NCBI GenBank assembly: GCA_040954595.2
Contig: CM082577.2
Location: forward strand, 806,001 to 870,000
Reading direction: 5' to 3'
Length of the DNA: 64,000 nucleotides
DNA from: Balanoglossus misakiensis
Taxonomy: Eukaryota > Animalia > Hemichordata
The notes under the pieces were generated by a model. That model did not search any database. It was not told where the DNA came from and saw nothing but the letters and a program-made list of their open reading frames with translations. Numbering within the stretch: position 1 is the stretch's first letter; every line of letters starts with the position of its first letter. Both the position numbers and the translations under genes were made by a program. Below are positions 1-15,380 of the stretch, piece by piece.

Positions 1-918
1 TATATACTGGAGGATTGTTGAGTGCGGTGTTCCAACAAACTAAAAGAGGCGACGACACGACTTTGCGTGAACACCTGCTTGGCGTTATTTCTTTCCTCGT
101 TCGTGAGTATTCGACAATCTGCCGATACCAGTTAAGCAGTCACTTTACCAAATAAGGAAAACAAATAGCTGTGTTTATCGGGGAACATGAAAGGAGTCCG
201 GGCCATTTGCATGTGATCTGTTGAGTCATTGATCAATATAAGGCACAAGGTCAAAGGTCGCCAGGTGTGAAATGGCAGTGACGCCAAGCGGCCCGAGAAC
301 GTTCCCTCTTGTTTGTTGACGAGCGCCAACAAGTGGTCGATGAGTAAAACATTTAAGACACGCACACCCACGTGGAATTTCTGAAGATGTCCAGATCATG
401 GCCGTGTTTAGGCCCAAATCGTTTCAATCACACAACGCGTCCCGTGTTTGTTGTCTTCTGAAACCATCTGAGCTTTCCCAGGGTCCCAGGGTAGGGCTAA
501 ACTCACCTGTATGTTGATTATAAAATGATTGATTACGTAACGTTCCATGTCATACGTCAGCCCACTCATCCGAAATATTTATAGGAAACATTCCCGCAGT
601 AAAGCTATTTTATAAAGATGGAATAAAAATTACCAACCTCGGGTGTATAAATAAGAAATACTATTTTATTACATAATATAAGAATATAAAATCTCAATCT
701 TGTATCATGCTGTATTGCTTAAAATTCTGATAAAATTAATTTTATTCGATATTTTTTTATTTTGTTCAATTACTCGAACTATTTCCACACTACGCGAATC
801 CTTGCCAGTATTCCAAGCTTTCTTTTTGTTCAACAAGAGTACCCCACGTGCACAGCGGGAGTCTTTTGATGAATTTGGCAAGGTTTTGGACAGGACATTG
901 TTTGACCAAGTCTTCATC

Positions 919-3075
<2,157 letters not shown>

Positions 3076-3183
3076 TCAGTGTAGTTTAGCCGAGTTCTAG
3101 AATTTGGGAAAAGGAGTCATGAGCAACATTTTCAAAGGAATAGATCAGACCCAGTGATTTGAAAGAAAGATAATTCCACTCAC

Positions 3184-3318
3184 CAAAAAGATGATATATT
3201 ATTACCGCTTGGTTGATGCGCTGTGTGCTTTCCACCCTGTGCAATGAGTGAGGAGAGCAACTACTGTTTGTACTCACCTGTTATTGGGATAGTTCACTTC
3301 AAAATAGGGTATGTCAGA
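3184..3318 (-). other. Candidate non-coding 5'UTR exons of actin (~3236-3184 and ~3318-3278)
   Basis: On the minus strand: donors G|GTGAGT at 3183 and CAG|GTGAGT at 3277; acceptors TTGCACAG (3237), TTTTTATAG (3319) and a pyrimidine-rich TTCTAG (~3097) just before the ATG exon. Confidence 0.45.
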
Positions 3319-3564
3319 CTATAAAAACATATTTTGAACTTTAGGCAGCAGATTTAAACTTTTATTTTGTTAGAAATGTAGTCATACCAAGGTCATATTT
3401 GAGGGAAATGCGACTGAAAACATATCTTAGGTATACTTCGTTCTGCGCATAATACAACAAAATCTGTTTATTTCTCTTTTGTGACTTCTACCGGACTATC
3501 CCCCATGGCGTATGAGTAGTATCACCCATAGTATGAAAAAAGGTCCAATTTGAAGTTATTGTGC

Positions 3565-3574
3565 CCATATATGG
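3565..3574. promoter_or_regulatory. CArG box (SRF site) upstream of actin
   Basis: CCATATATGG is a perfect CC(A/T)6GG about 500 bp 5' of the actin ATG; CArG boxes are classic actin regulators. Confidence 0.65.
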
Positions 3575-3916
3575 TGATTCAAATTTGAACGACGTTTAGA
3601 TCACTCCAACATAACTCGGTTACTCTGATATCGTCGGGGTCATAGGTCACCAGATGACACTGATGTACTACGGTTAGACCCTAGGCCTATATGATGGTGA
3701 TCAGTTGCTATCTGCAGAGACATCCGTCGATGCCCATATAAAGCGAATAGTGAGCACGTCACGATTTGTAACAGAAAATAATAACAATTTAAACAATATT
3801 TTATTAATTTTTATTTCAAATTAGTAAAGTTTTTAGGTACCTTAAAATAGTGACTGATGCCATTGATAGATACACGAATGCGTCGGGAAAACACGGCCAA
3901 ATAAAAATTAGAATTG

Positions 3917-3938
3917 ATCATCATCATCATCATCATCA

Positions 3939-3970
<32 letters not shown>

Positions 3971-4035
3971 GTCATCGTCATCGTCATCATCGTCATCATC
4001 GTCATCATCATCACAGTCGTCTTCTTCGTCGTCAC
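3917..4035. repeat. Compound (CAT)n/(CATCGT)n microsatellite
   Basis: Directly visible: tcatcatcat...catcgtcatcgt... Confidence 0.95.
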
Positions 4036-4136
4036 CACCGCCACCCGCACCATCTATTTACACAAATTCACGGTGGAGCGCCCCCTTTTGCTGAATCATG
4101 TGTAATCTTGCAGAGAATTTCAACGTTTCTTCCACT

Positions 4137-4171
4137 GAGAGAGAGAGAGAGAGGGGGGGGGGGGGGGAGAG
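4137..4171. repeat. (GA)n plus poly-G tract
   Basis: gagagagagagagagggggggggggggggagaga. Confidence 0.9.
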
Positions 4172-6085
4172 ATGCATGATTCACAAACAACAAGGAACGA
4201 GATCCACCTTGTCACCACGTGGTCTAATGGACCAGGTGCAAATTGACTGTCATGCAGGCATATTGTGTGCGTTTTGATGCGAGGAAATTGCGTTGTCTGC
4301 ATGCTGCCAAGACGGCACGTAAATAATTGAAGGTACACCCCTTGTCAGTAACTACGATGACAATAATCACATAGGCACTCCCGGTACACACCACTAGGAC
4401 TATATCTGGAAATTGCGGTATTGTCCGTAGATGACCTTGCTGGAATTTTTGTTGAATTATCTGCAACAATGCAAATTGACAATGCTTAATTGTATTTTTG
4501 GTGCATTTGGAAATCATAAGCTAATTTTAGAAATCAACCATGATGACAACAGAATGAAAGACAACAATTATACCGACCATTTTCACAAATTCGCAGTCCT
4601 AGAGTTAAACCCCTGAAGGCAAAGGTCATATGATTGAAACGCTAGTTTTAACTCTCTTAAGTGGTATTTTGACCCATGTCGGAAGGTGGTCTTCTTTAAA
4701 CGAAGACTATATTTCGGTCGACAGACACATGCGATATAGCAGAGGCGATGTCACCAACCCTGACAAGGACGTGTGTTCTAAGTGTTCGTCAATGTAGGTC
4801 AACGACATATTTTCGGTGCGTGTCATTTTTCTAGGACAGGCGTTGTTAAATTGCATATAAGTGGATGCGTAGCTTCGGATCACAACGTCAACATGGTCGA
4901 TGCTGGATCAAATACGGGTATTACGATGACTCTGAATGAAATCGAACCGACAGAGATAAAACATACTGCTGAGACACAAACGCGAGGTAAGTAGAAAGAA
5001 AATGGGAACATCTGTTGTCACCTGTTGCGGTTTATTGTCTCGTGCTCTGTTGACAGAGGATTTACATTTTATGGAGGGGCGATGAACAGACATACAGTGT
5101 GACCACTGTGGACCGTCGCGACACAAAACCAAACCATTTACAATAACAGCAAGTCCCCGACAAATGATATTAAGTCTTTAAAGGTACACATGTATATCTC
5201 TTAGTACAGTGGGCTTTAATTGTACCGGCATTTCCTAATCAAAAAATATTATACCCTACGCTTGTATTCACGTCATCATATGACATTCAGAGCTCCGTAA
5301 CTAGAGTCAGTACAGATTTAAAACCCACGTCTGTTAATATTTCTGTTGACTCCCGTCCAATGCCAAACTAAAGAATGCAATACAATGTACACCGTTTTCG
5401 TTGAAAGGAAGATCCACAGATTCGTTTGAACGAAAAACGCGAGGCCTGCCGGGGACCGCTGGTAGAGAACATGCGAATTACATGAACTGACTATCACTCG
5501 CCTTTAACCCTGAATGACTGGACTCTGGGCGGCGCAACTTGCGATGAAAATGTCCAGAGTTCAGTCCCTTTACAGAGTAGAACAAGATCTACCCACAGTA
5601 TTCATAACACCTTTGCCCAAGTAGCGGGTCGACTTCTCGCCTTTAACCCTCCATAGTGTCAAATAAATAAATAAATTTAAGAGATCCAGGGACTTAAAAT
5701 TCTTGGGGGGGGGGGGGGGGCTCCTTTGGTAAACCTGACCAAAGCGACTGAAAATGGCCTTGGCCTTACCTGACACTGAAAGTATGACACCCTCTCAGAA
5801 CTCAATGCAATCGATCAGTCGATTAAAATCCTTTGGCTGTTTTATGTAACCATTTTCTTGAGCAGATTTGAATAACAGTTGGCAGCGGAAAACGCTTCTG
5901 GGAGTAAAGATACACATTTGATCTTCTTCTTTGGTGTGCGTTTGTCAAAGTCGTCCCTATGATCAAATTTGGCGTGGTGGTAAGGACCATAAAATATGAT
6001 GAAACGTGTGGCGCGGGTAAATCATGACAAGTGGTTCGCTCCTGTTCATGGTCCTACTTTCAGTGCAGTCGAGCTGTGCTCGCAA

Positions 6086-6095
6086 GTCACGTGAC
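6086..6095. promoter_or_regulatory. Palindromic GTCACGTGAC (CLEAR/MiT-TFE/USF E-box)
   Basis: Exact 10-bp palindrome 165 bp upstream of the YeeE-like ATG (6260). Confidence 0.6.
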
Positions 6096-6259
6096 ACCAC
6101 CGCTTTTGTGCCGAGCCGTGTTGAGTAAACAAAAACCAACTACTACTATCTGTTGCGAAGTTGTCAATAGAAAACAATGTGGGCTGTACGCCGTGTATTG
6201 AGCGGTGATATGTGAGAGTATAGACATCATTGCCAGTCTAATTTAGGATCAAAGACAAA

Positions 6260-9200
6260 ATGGCAAATGAGAAAACAACGACAGGGAACTCTTCTCGCGC
6301 TAACTCTTCTTCCAATCTCTCTCATTCCCGACTCGCATGGACAGATGAAAACGTCATCAGCTCTGGGCTTGCCACTGATTGCAAATCCAACAACGGGACC
6401 GGGAAGACGAAACTCTCAGAGAATGGCTTCTCCAGGTGCGCCGATCAAGACGCGGAGAACGGACGAATCAGAAGCGCCGATCTGGACGAGATCCCCGACG
6501 ACAAACAGACATCCTGGTGGAAAATTCTGCTGCAGTTATCTCTCTGCTTTCTGGCTGGCATCGTATTCGGCATTGCATTGGAGAAAAGCAGGGGTAAGTT
6601 CTTCAAACCCTTTTCTTCAGCTACACGACGGCCTGCCATATTGAAACCAGCAAACACCATTCCATTTGTATTTCCATGAAACCTTGTACCTTTTATTCAT
6701 TGCACCTTTTGTCAGCTGCTTTCCAAAGTGGTATATAGGAATTGCTCAATATGTTTTGTTGTTGTTGTGATTGTCTTTCTATGAGCACGGTTTTCTCAAG
6801 TGTTGCCGGCATAAGAAATTATTACAAATTATATAAGAAAACGACGTGAAATCTGTTTATTGCAAATAAGATCGATTTAATCATATTAATGAATATAAGT
6901 CGTGAACATAATACATTTGTACCACAATTGTTTACCATTGTAAACTTTTCACGCTGCATGGCGCGCAACATTATGTCAGACATGAAGTCCACAGCACAGA
7001 AAAAGCAACCCCAACAAAATGTGAATGGACGAGGTTTAATAATTAAACGATGCCGCTTTTATTTATCACCAATAGCCTAAAGATAATTCTGTAACTAATG
7101 TATCGACCAGATAGGTGACTCGTACTTCATTTATAGATATTAGAATGCAAGTTTTGCTCCGGGTTGTGGAAGGGTTCACTATAACCAAGTTAGACAATTG
7201 ATGCCAGTGTTTTGGCGTTTAGTGTCTTGAAGAAAAATCGTTCCGCGCCTTCTCTCGTTTCTTGGAGAAGAAGAGTGCCGCCTCGTATACGCGTACGACC
7301 TATGTCAAGCATAGCGGTATTTTAATAGCGGCCCTTAGAAATGGTTCCCATGGCTACCGTATAACCCAGACGGTCGTTAACGCAATCATCACCACTTGGC
7401 TGGGAACATTACATTGCGAACATTATATACATAAGGCTCTAGACGGTAGCGTCGGGTTGTGTGGACTGTAGCTGTATACATAGACCGTGCATGCGTAGAC
7501 GCGTCAAATGCGGGGACCTCCATTCTCCTACAGTCCCAAGATCGTTACGGGGCGACGGTGGATTCTTTGTAACACGCGATCGATACACATCAGCTGCAAA
7601 TACTGTAACAGTAACAAGACCTGAATGACCTTAATAATGGATGTTAACATTCAATCGTGACTGACCTTTCATTGAATAACAGCCAGAGCTTTCATTACAA
7701 CATGGAAATATCAATGTCTTGGAAGTTATTAAATCTGATCACAGACAGTAGACGGAGACGTATGAAAGACTAACAGAGAATATCAACCGCCATTAATATC
7801 GTTGTGTGCGCGTGTTTGAACACATGCCATTACAGTCCCAGTCTTGGATTTGTTTTTTTAAGAAAGAGAGAGTTTTGATGGTTTTCACTCATTTCCACAA
7901 GACAAGTATTGAGGGAGCGAGACCGACTGGAAAATTGGCAAGATCACTGTTTAAAGTGCATTAACCCTAATTAGTCCAAGGGTTGTACTATCAACCACCG
8001 ATTGTGTCGCACCCGTTTATTCAGCCTCCCACTGTAAAAGTACACAGCTGCATACACGGGTATAGTCTGCATAACGGTATTTTTTACCTCAAAAATGTTC
8101 ACCCTTCGGCTAAATACGTAGAAGGCTGGAGTATTTGATCGATAAAATATGCGACAAGTAGCAACTATTGGGGCTTTAATAACGTTATAAATCCATAAAT
8201 CCATCCCTATCAGTGTCTGGATTCAGATCATTCCATGGCGGTCAGGTCACCTGTGGCGGTTTTATGGGGTAATATCATACCACAGTCCCCCCAAAGGAAC
8301 TGTGATTGTACACGCGTTACACCAACACCACTCTGATCATGAATAGGTATAGCCGGGCACGTGTGCGGGCCGCGACGGAACGTCGAATTCCCTTTCATCA
8401 CAAAAAATTCGAGGCCCGTCGAAAAATAAATACTGCCAACGCCGTGCATGAGTTGAATTGGTAACTTCGACTAGAGATTAAAATGAAATAAGCGATAGAA
8501 ACAATACAACACAGGGCGGGATTACACAACACCGTCGTTGGCCATTCGAGTTTTTCTTCCATGACCTCTGGGCTCCCTTCTGTTTTCGTCGTCAGCAATT
8601 GTCATGTCAGTTTGTTCTCTTCGGGAGCTGAAGCCTCGGGGTTATGGAAATGGATTTTTCACACCGGTTGATCAGATTGTTTTACTTCTTTGTCGAAGAC
8701 GGAAATCACCAAATAATTACTTTCACGTAATCTGATGCGGAAAGCTTCGGCTCAGCCATACAATTTTCACCGCGCAGCCATACAATTTTGTCTTGGCTAC
8801 TACATGATACCACATTTTTGGCGCTGTTTAAGAAAGTTGCACGCTTGCGCGACAAAAGGTAACAATATACGATAGGACACCTTTGGCGTTTTCTTGGATG
8901 TGGAAATGTGTGACAAATGTAGCAATAGGCTTTGAAAGCAGAGCCGGACAAAGCTTCAAAGCCCAATTACTTTTGTTATTCGTGTGTATTCGGTATTGAT
9001 CAATGACAAAATCGCAACAGGGGATTTTATTGTCCTTAAACGTTCTGTTTAACTACAACTTAAGACTAATTACAGAATTTCCTATCGATCGTTTTGAGAT
9101 AAATGTCGTTAAGGAATGGTTTCTGGGTAAAGAGAGAACGGACTTTGGATTTCTCCCACTGCAAACAATTGAATTGTTGAACAGTCGGTGCATGATAATC

Positions 9201-12200
9201 CGTTTTCGGACTTAGAATACGGCGTTGAATTTGTGATAGCGTTACCTTTCGGCAATAGAGGAATCGGCTTACTTCCACTTATTAGTCACGTGTCTATACA
9301 AGACCAATCACGTCCCTGGAGCTATTAGCGAAACGTTGTTCAAGCGATCCTCACAAAGATGATCGAAAAGTTCAAAATTAGTTTCACTCTTTGGCAACAC
9401 CAAACAATTTTTCTTCGAGTTTTAACCTCTTTCTTCTTAATTTTCAGTCTTCGAACCAACGTCAATTCGATATCAGTTCATTTACCAAAAATGGATCATG
9501 CTGAAGGTGTTCCTTGGTGCCATGGCAACTGGGCTGCTGTGTTTCGGCGTCATAGCTCACATTCCCGCCACCAAGTCTCATTTCGAGAGAGCCAGGACAG
9601 CTTACTACGCATGTTTCACCACAAAAGGTGTCCTTGTCGTCTGCATAGGAGGTTTCCTTCTGGGAGCTGGCATGGATCTCGCCGCTGCAGTGAGTAGGCT
9701 TTAAATATTTGGGATACCACTTTGTTTATCTCTCCGTAGCATCCTTCAATCTTCAGAGCTGTATTATTTGCGTCATGTGACAAAACGTTTGACACAACAG
9801 AAATTGTCATCATGGAAGAAATTCCAGGAAACATACAGAAAGCCTGTGTTTATTGCTTCCCTCAAAGGAGAACCCAGATCAAGTTTTGAGCGAGGTTTTC
9901 TCTAACTACACGAAATTGATGTTACCCTCTGTCAGCACAATTAAATAAATCTATTATAAGGGAATAGAGTAAGCAAAGATTTCTACCTCTCTTATAGTCT
10001 ATAGACTTGTCTGCTCATACATTGATGACACAAAACACGTACCACGCGTCGGAAACACAATCTAACTTTCCAAACCTTTATTTATCGTCAGTGTCCAGCC
10101 ATGGTCTTGGCACAAGTTGGAGCCTGGGTCGGTTACGGTCAAGCGTGTAAGTACCCCTGAGCTAATTTGTGTTATAAATCAATTTCACGTTAGATATGTG
10201 GTGATGTATGCACGTCTATACAAAGATGCCTTAAGAAAGCGAAGATTGAAGCAATCACGGATTTTCACTTGTGCAGCATCGCGAAAAAATAAGCGCACTG
10301 CAGTAAGCCAATCTGCCCGATTATTCACAAGTCGTTCTTTTGTTTCTTTTTCTCGCATGTTCACAACATTTTTCCTACTACAATGTATCGTGAACTTCTT
10401 TCTGTCTTTTATCACAGTAATGACGGTCTTTGGTTGCCTTGTTGGTGCTTTCTGTTACGGTTTCTGCGCACCGTTTGTTGACAGATACATGTCACCGAAG
10501 AAACCATATGAAAAACACTTGTAAGTATTTAACGTAATATGAATGCCCTGTTAACGTTTAATATTTGCCATATTTTTTTAAAATTTCAAATGAAGAACAG
10601 GTGGTGATCTCACAATGATTATACATCTTGATATGAACAGACATTTTTTGCAATTTATTTCCTTTCTTTGTGAAAAGTAAAACAGCCGTATTCTACCATT
10701 ACAGACTTGACGACTACATCAAATGGCCTTTTGCAACAATGGCGATTCCATTAGCCTTAGTGTGTGGTGTCTTGATATTTATCCTGGAATGGTTCTTTCC
10801 ATGGGAAACAGAGCTCGAGGTATTTTTCCTAAACTTCAAATTGTAGTCTTCTTTTCTTATCATTTTCCAAAACATTTAAATTCTTTTCTGAGAATTGACG
10901 ACACATTACCATTCCGGTTACATCGTTTGTTGTACGATACAATCGGCCGTGGTATTACCAGTTTACGTTTCATTGCGTTTTGCGAAAACAGTCGCAATGC
11001 GAATTTAACAAAAGATGATAAGATGAAATACGCAATTGATATGCGCAGCACGTGTTTATGTCTACGTTCTTTTATTTTCTTCACTTGGTGTAGGAGCATA
11101 CGAGGAATCGAACTGGCGACGGCCAGTTTATGACAGCGATTGCTTGGCCTCCTTATTGTGCGGGTGAGTGATCTCATGATCTTCCGCACAGCAAATGGAA
11201 AACAACAGCTTTTCTTCTCCAGTTTTCTGTCGAACAAACCCGACTTTTGGCCTCCGCTGACTTTTGTCAGACTCTCCCGTATTTGACAAACCCAAGCCCC
11301 TCCACAAGTGTACCCACCGACTATATAAGTTGAACAGAGTCTAGCACACAGACATTGTGACGTAAACACACTTCACTGATTGTGCGTTGTTTTTCACCTA
11401 CAGGCATTTTAATCGGGTTGCTTCAGCTAGCCATCGTTTTTACGGTGATCGATACAATGGGTGGAAGCAGCAGCTATACAACGATTTCATCGCAGGTTTT
11501 AGTCACCAAAAGAATGGAATCGTGGTCTCCCTACTTGGCCAGATTTAAACGCGGTGTCAGTAATTGGTGGCAGGTATTGTTGCATTGTTGTCTGAATACT
11601 TGTGCGTCTGCATGGTTGTGGTGTGTTCCGATATTTGGGTTTGCAAAGTGCACCAATCGACACAACCATTAAGGGCCTTGCCAAAATTCTCGGGGGGGGG
11701 GGGGGCTGGCGCGATTTGGGAAAGGGTCACTTTGTGTTTAGGGAAGGGTCACTGATTTTGATCAAGTATTTTTTTGGGGGAGGGGTATTATTCGAACAAG
11801 GACAACAGTGAAAATGATAAAGATGCCAACTGTGAACGAAACTCAAGTATTTTTTGTTTGGTCAACCAGGTGATGTACGTGACCGGTGCTATTGTAGGAG
11901 CCCTTATTTCGGCATTGTGTTCGCAGTCTTTGGCGCTTGTTCCTGGCGTTGGTTTGGCCTCTGCCTTCTTTGGTGGGTTCCTGATGCTGTTCGGTGCAAG
12001 AATGGGCGCTGGCTGTACAAGGTGGGTGTGGTTCAACCGTTGCCTGGTTACATGAACCGGTGGAATATGAAGACAACACCCGCTTGTTCGCAAACCTGTG
12101 AGGGCGCTAAAACTGACACCTATCTTCGTTTTCTTTTCAGTGGTCATGGATTGTCAGGTACAGGATTACTCGCCTTGCTGTCATTCCTTGCTGTTGCGAT

Positions 12201-12285
12201 GATGTTCGTTGGAGGCTCGGCGTTTGGATTCTTCTTCTACGCATTGGATGTCGGAGCGGGAGTTCTTGATTATGCCACTTTTTAG
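6260..12285 (+). CDS. YeeE/YedE family (TsuA/PmpAB/SoxT-like) sulfur-compound transporter; exons 6260-6593, 9448-9689, 10092-10146, 10418-10520, 10705-10819, 11094-11163, 11404-11573, 11870-12021, 12141-12285
   Basis: The spliced frame is open across GT-AG introns and has multiple hydrophobic helices. Family motifs: FGIALEKSRVFEP, GGFLLGAGMDLAAACPAMVLAQVG, WPPYCAG, GGFLMLFGARMGAGCTSGHGLSG. Confidence 0.88.
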
Positions 12286-15200
12286 ATGTAGATTTTACTT
12301 TGCCTGCGCTGCCATGACGTCATCGACTCATTCATTACATTGGTATATGATAACGTTTAAAGCCCCGAGGTGCGTGGTTTTGTTTGTTTGATTTGACATG
12401 AAAGCGATGGACGTTCCACAAAAAGAGCGAATCGCTTAATCTCCTGTTTTACTTTCATGAAATGAGGAATCCACCGGATGTGACGTTACCGTGTTCTTCG
12501 GAGGCTTACCATGACACAAAGTATTCCCTGTAACATTTACGATTGAAAAGATGGTTGGCAGACGGTCACCTCTTTCAAGATGTATTTCTTGGGAAGGTAT
12601 ATTTAAGTAGTATGTTAATGACCTGTATGCAATGATGTTATTTACAGTACTTTTCTCATACGAGGTTAATCTATTCAACGCAGTTGAAAGTACTTTAATT
12701 TTACTTGAATTATGCCTTTATGCCTCTCATTTTTGTCAGTTAGTGTTCTCTCTTCCTGAATTTTCACAACATTGATTTTTTTGTTTGCCGGTTGTCTCGC
12801 TTCTTGTCTGTCTCTCTTGTCTAGACTTTCTCTAACTTTACCATTGTTACTAATCAACACCATGAAATGGTGGGAAAATAATTACGCCGTCATGTATTGT
12901 GCAGTTTGCACAATTAAACAAAAAACAACTATATAAAGGCATCTTCAATTTTGTTTTGTCGGTTTTATTTTTCTCGTGTTTATAGCTGCACCTATATTTG
13001 AGCAGACAAGGTGCACCTTGACGCTGCCATGACAACAAAGCACTGGTTTAAAGACATGACAAATATATTTATTACTAAAGTTGCTATTTAAAATCGACAA
13101 ATGTCAAAGTTTCGTTATATTTAAGATGGTCGTCGATTTCATTCGCATTTGTCCTACTCCAATAGATTAACACAAATGGGTATTATGTTGTTGGAATTAG
13201 TGCATGATATTATATTATATTATAAGATTTATAATAAAAATACTGTATGAAATATTTAAGTTAAGTGGTGTACGTCGTGTGTTTTATTACTATCGATCAT
13301 CCAGACCGGGAGGAGTAGAGGAAAGATGTTTATTTGAACAAACAAATCTCCTGTAACATTTACGCCTTTACATGACAGTTTGTATTTGTTTCAGGTTTTC
13401 GTAAACGATCGAATAAATAAATAAAACGTGGTCTTGGTACTCTCTTGTAAGTCATTCCTCTTTTGTGCGCAGTCTCCGTGTTTTGACACTATTTTACCTG
13501 AGAGATCGCTGCTGGGTGGCGCCCTCCTTTGACAGGAAGTGTATATGCAGAGAGATTACCCGTCTGCTGATCCTATGAATCCAATCCAGACACAGCTCTC
13601 CATCATTGTAAAGTATGTTGGAATGTCATAGCTTGACATGTCTAGAAGCTCCCTTTAGCGGCTGCCTAAGATTTCCCAAGAAACCTTGTGTAATCGCACC
13701 AAAGTAACAACTTCAAATGAGTCATGTGGTAAAACAGGTAAAAAATGTCCCTCCATCAATATATTACGCAACAAATATACCAGCCGCTCCCTTTCCATAT
13801 CTGACGTCAAACAAAATAATCGCTATATCCCGGAATTCCGAGATGTTCCTCGTGACAAGAATCTTCCGTGTTTGTTAAACTTTGACCTAGTACCTCTACT
13901 TATGATTATTAGCAAATAACGTCGACATTCTACATGTAAATCACTCATCAGCTTTGATCAGCGATTTACGGCACGCAATGAAACCGAACATATAAACTGG
14001 ACTATCAGTGGTTAAAATTATAAACATCTTGTTGGCACGGTTCGCCAGCCAATCACTCCCACTTTTCCATCGCCACGCGAAGATCACGTTCGATCTTTGC
14101 TTTGAAAGAATCCCGTTGTCTGATTCAATGTACCTGTCACGCATGAAGTGAGAAGAACAGATTTGATCGTGCCCCAACATAAGTAATTTATCAGCCGTGT
14201 TTTATTTGCAAAGTGCAGACACACGGTACTGGCTGTTAAAGTCTCAAAGCCCGCTTTGTGTACAGACAATAAAGCTATAGTATAGGGCGCCTGTTTCAAG
14301 TCTGTTTTCGCCTCTAATGCAGGTAAGGAACATAACTCAAGATGAACTCAGAACTCAACCTCACTTTAACATAGATGTTGTTGTTTTTTATATAGCTGTG
14401 AAAAACGCAAAATTCTTATAATCATCGCATTTCTCTAGTTAAAAGCATCCTAACATATGGCGCACTCACAGCCTGACAGACGGACATTAGACTTTGGTAC
14501 TTTAATTTGCGCTGGAATTAATACTGGTAATGCATTGTGTAATGATTATGAATGATATAATGGGACAAGTTTTTGTGACGTAGCTATATATCATCGAGCG
14601 GTGCGGTGGTGTGTTTAAAATATGTACAGTTTTTCACACACCAACCAACGGTAATAATCACTATAACAACGTTTTTTATCTTGAAATCAGATTTTATCTA
14701 GGCCAAGATTTCTTCTTGCGTGAAGCGATATTATATCCGGCCTCAGCAACATAAATTAACATCTAAAGTCAAAAATATCATACAACGATGTTGACCTTTT
14801 GCGGATTTTGGTTTTGCTATATTTTTGTAATATGTCATGAACATTGAAGAGATGGTTTATCACTCGGAAAGTACTGGTGGCGCTGTAGTGTATGTGATAA
14901 GACAAAGACCAGAAAAATCAATCAGCCAGAGGGTGTACTCGTATCATGGGAATGAACCATTCGTGTGGAGGGGTGTGGCTAGTTCGGGTGTGGGTTATTT
15001 GCGTGGACCGTTTCAGAAAAAAACGATTAGTGCTGCAATCGATGCAATGAATTATTCTCCCCTTTCTTTCTGAATAGTGAGTAATGCCAACACCACTAAG
15101 CCCTGGACTCCGCCCATGTGACCAGTCCGTAACCGTGAATTTCCTGCCAACATTGCATTTCCTCATATGCTGTGTTGTCGCGGCCAGATAAGCTTGTCTC

Positions 15201-15380
15201 GACTGCAGTTCCCAGGTGTTAGAGTGTGCGTAGACTTCTCCCGGTACTTGTGCATAACACGCAGCCGCGTCAGAATCACCTCTGGTCCAGCAACGCGAAA
15301 CTGCCAGTGGTAGGTTGACTTTATAGTTTTTTCATTCCTTTTCTGGGTGCTGACAACCGGCAGTAGGTGACACAGTAACC

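Noticed and set aside
3811-4179. Poly-His/Arg, poly-Ile/Val and poly-Met/Thr ORFs
   Set aside because: All frames are translations of the (CAT)n/(CATCGT)n microsatellite; there is no gene context.
5516-5565. Short hairpin GACTGGACTCTGG...CCAGAGTTCAGTC
   Set aside because: Only a 13-bp imperfect stem; not enough to call an ncRNA or element.
10860-11369. 169-aa minus-strand ORF and other 100-170 aa intronic ORFs in the track
   Set aside because: Non-ATG or weak starts, compositionally random, and overlapping introns or exons of identified genes.
11668-11790. Poly-G-containing segment with a duplicated GGAAGGGTCACT in a YeeE intron (similar poly-G at ~5705)
   Set aside because: Probably a repeat fragment, but no TIR pair or TSD could be established.
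6260-12500. Selenoprotein or recoding in the YeeE/YedE gene
   Set aside because: The key motifs use TGT Cys codons, no in-frame UGA occurs in the reconstructed exons, and no convincing SECIS was seen.
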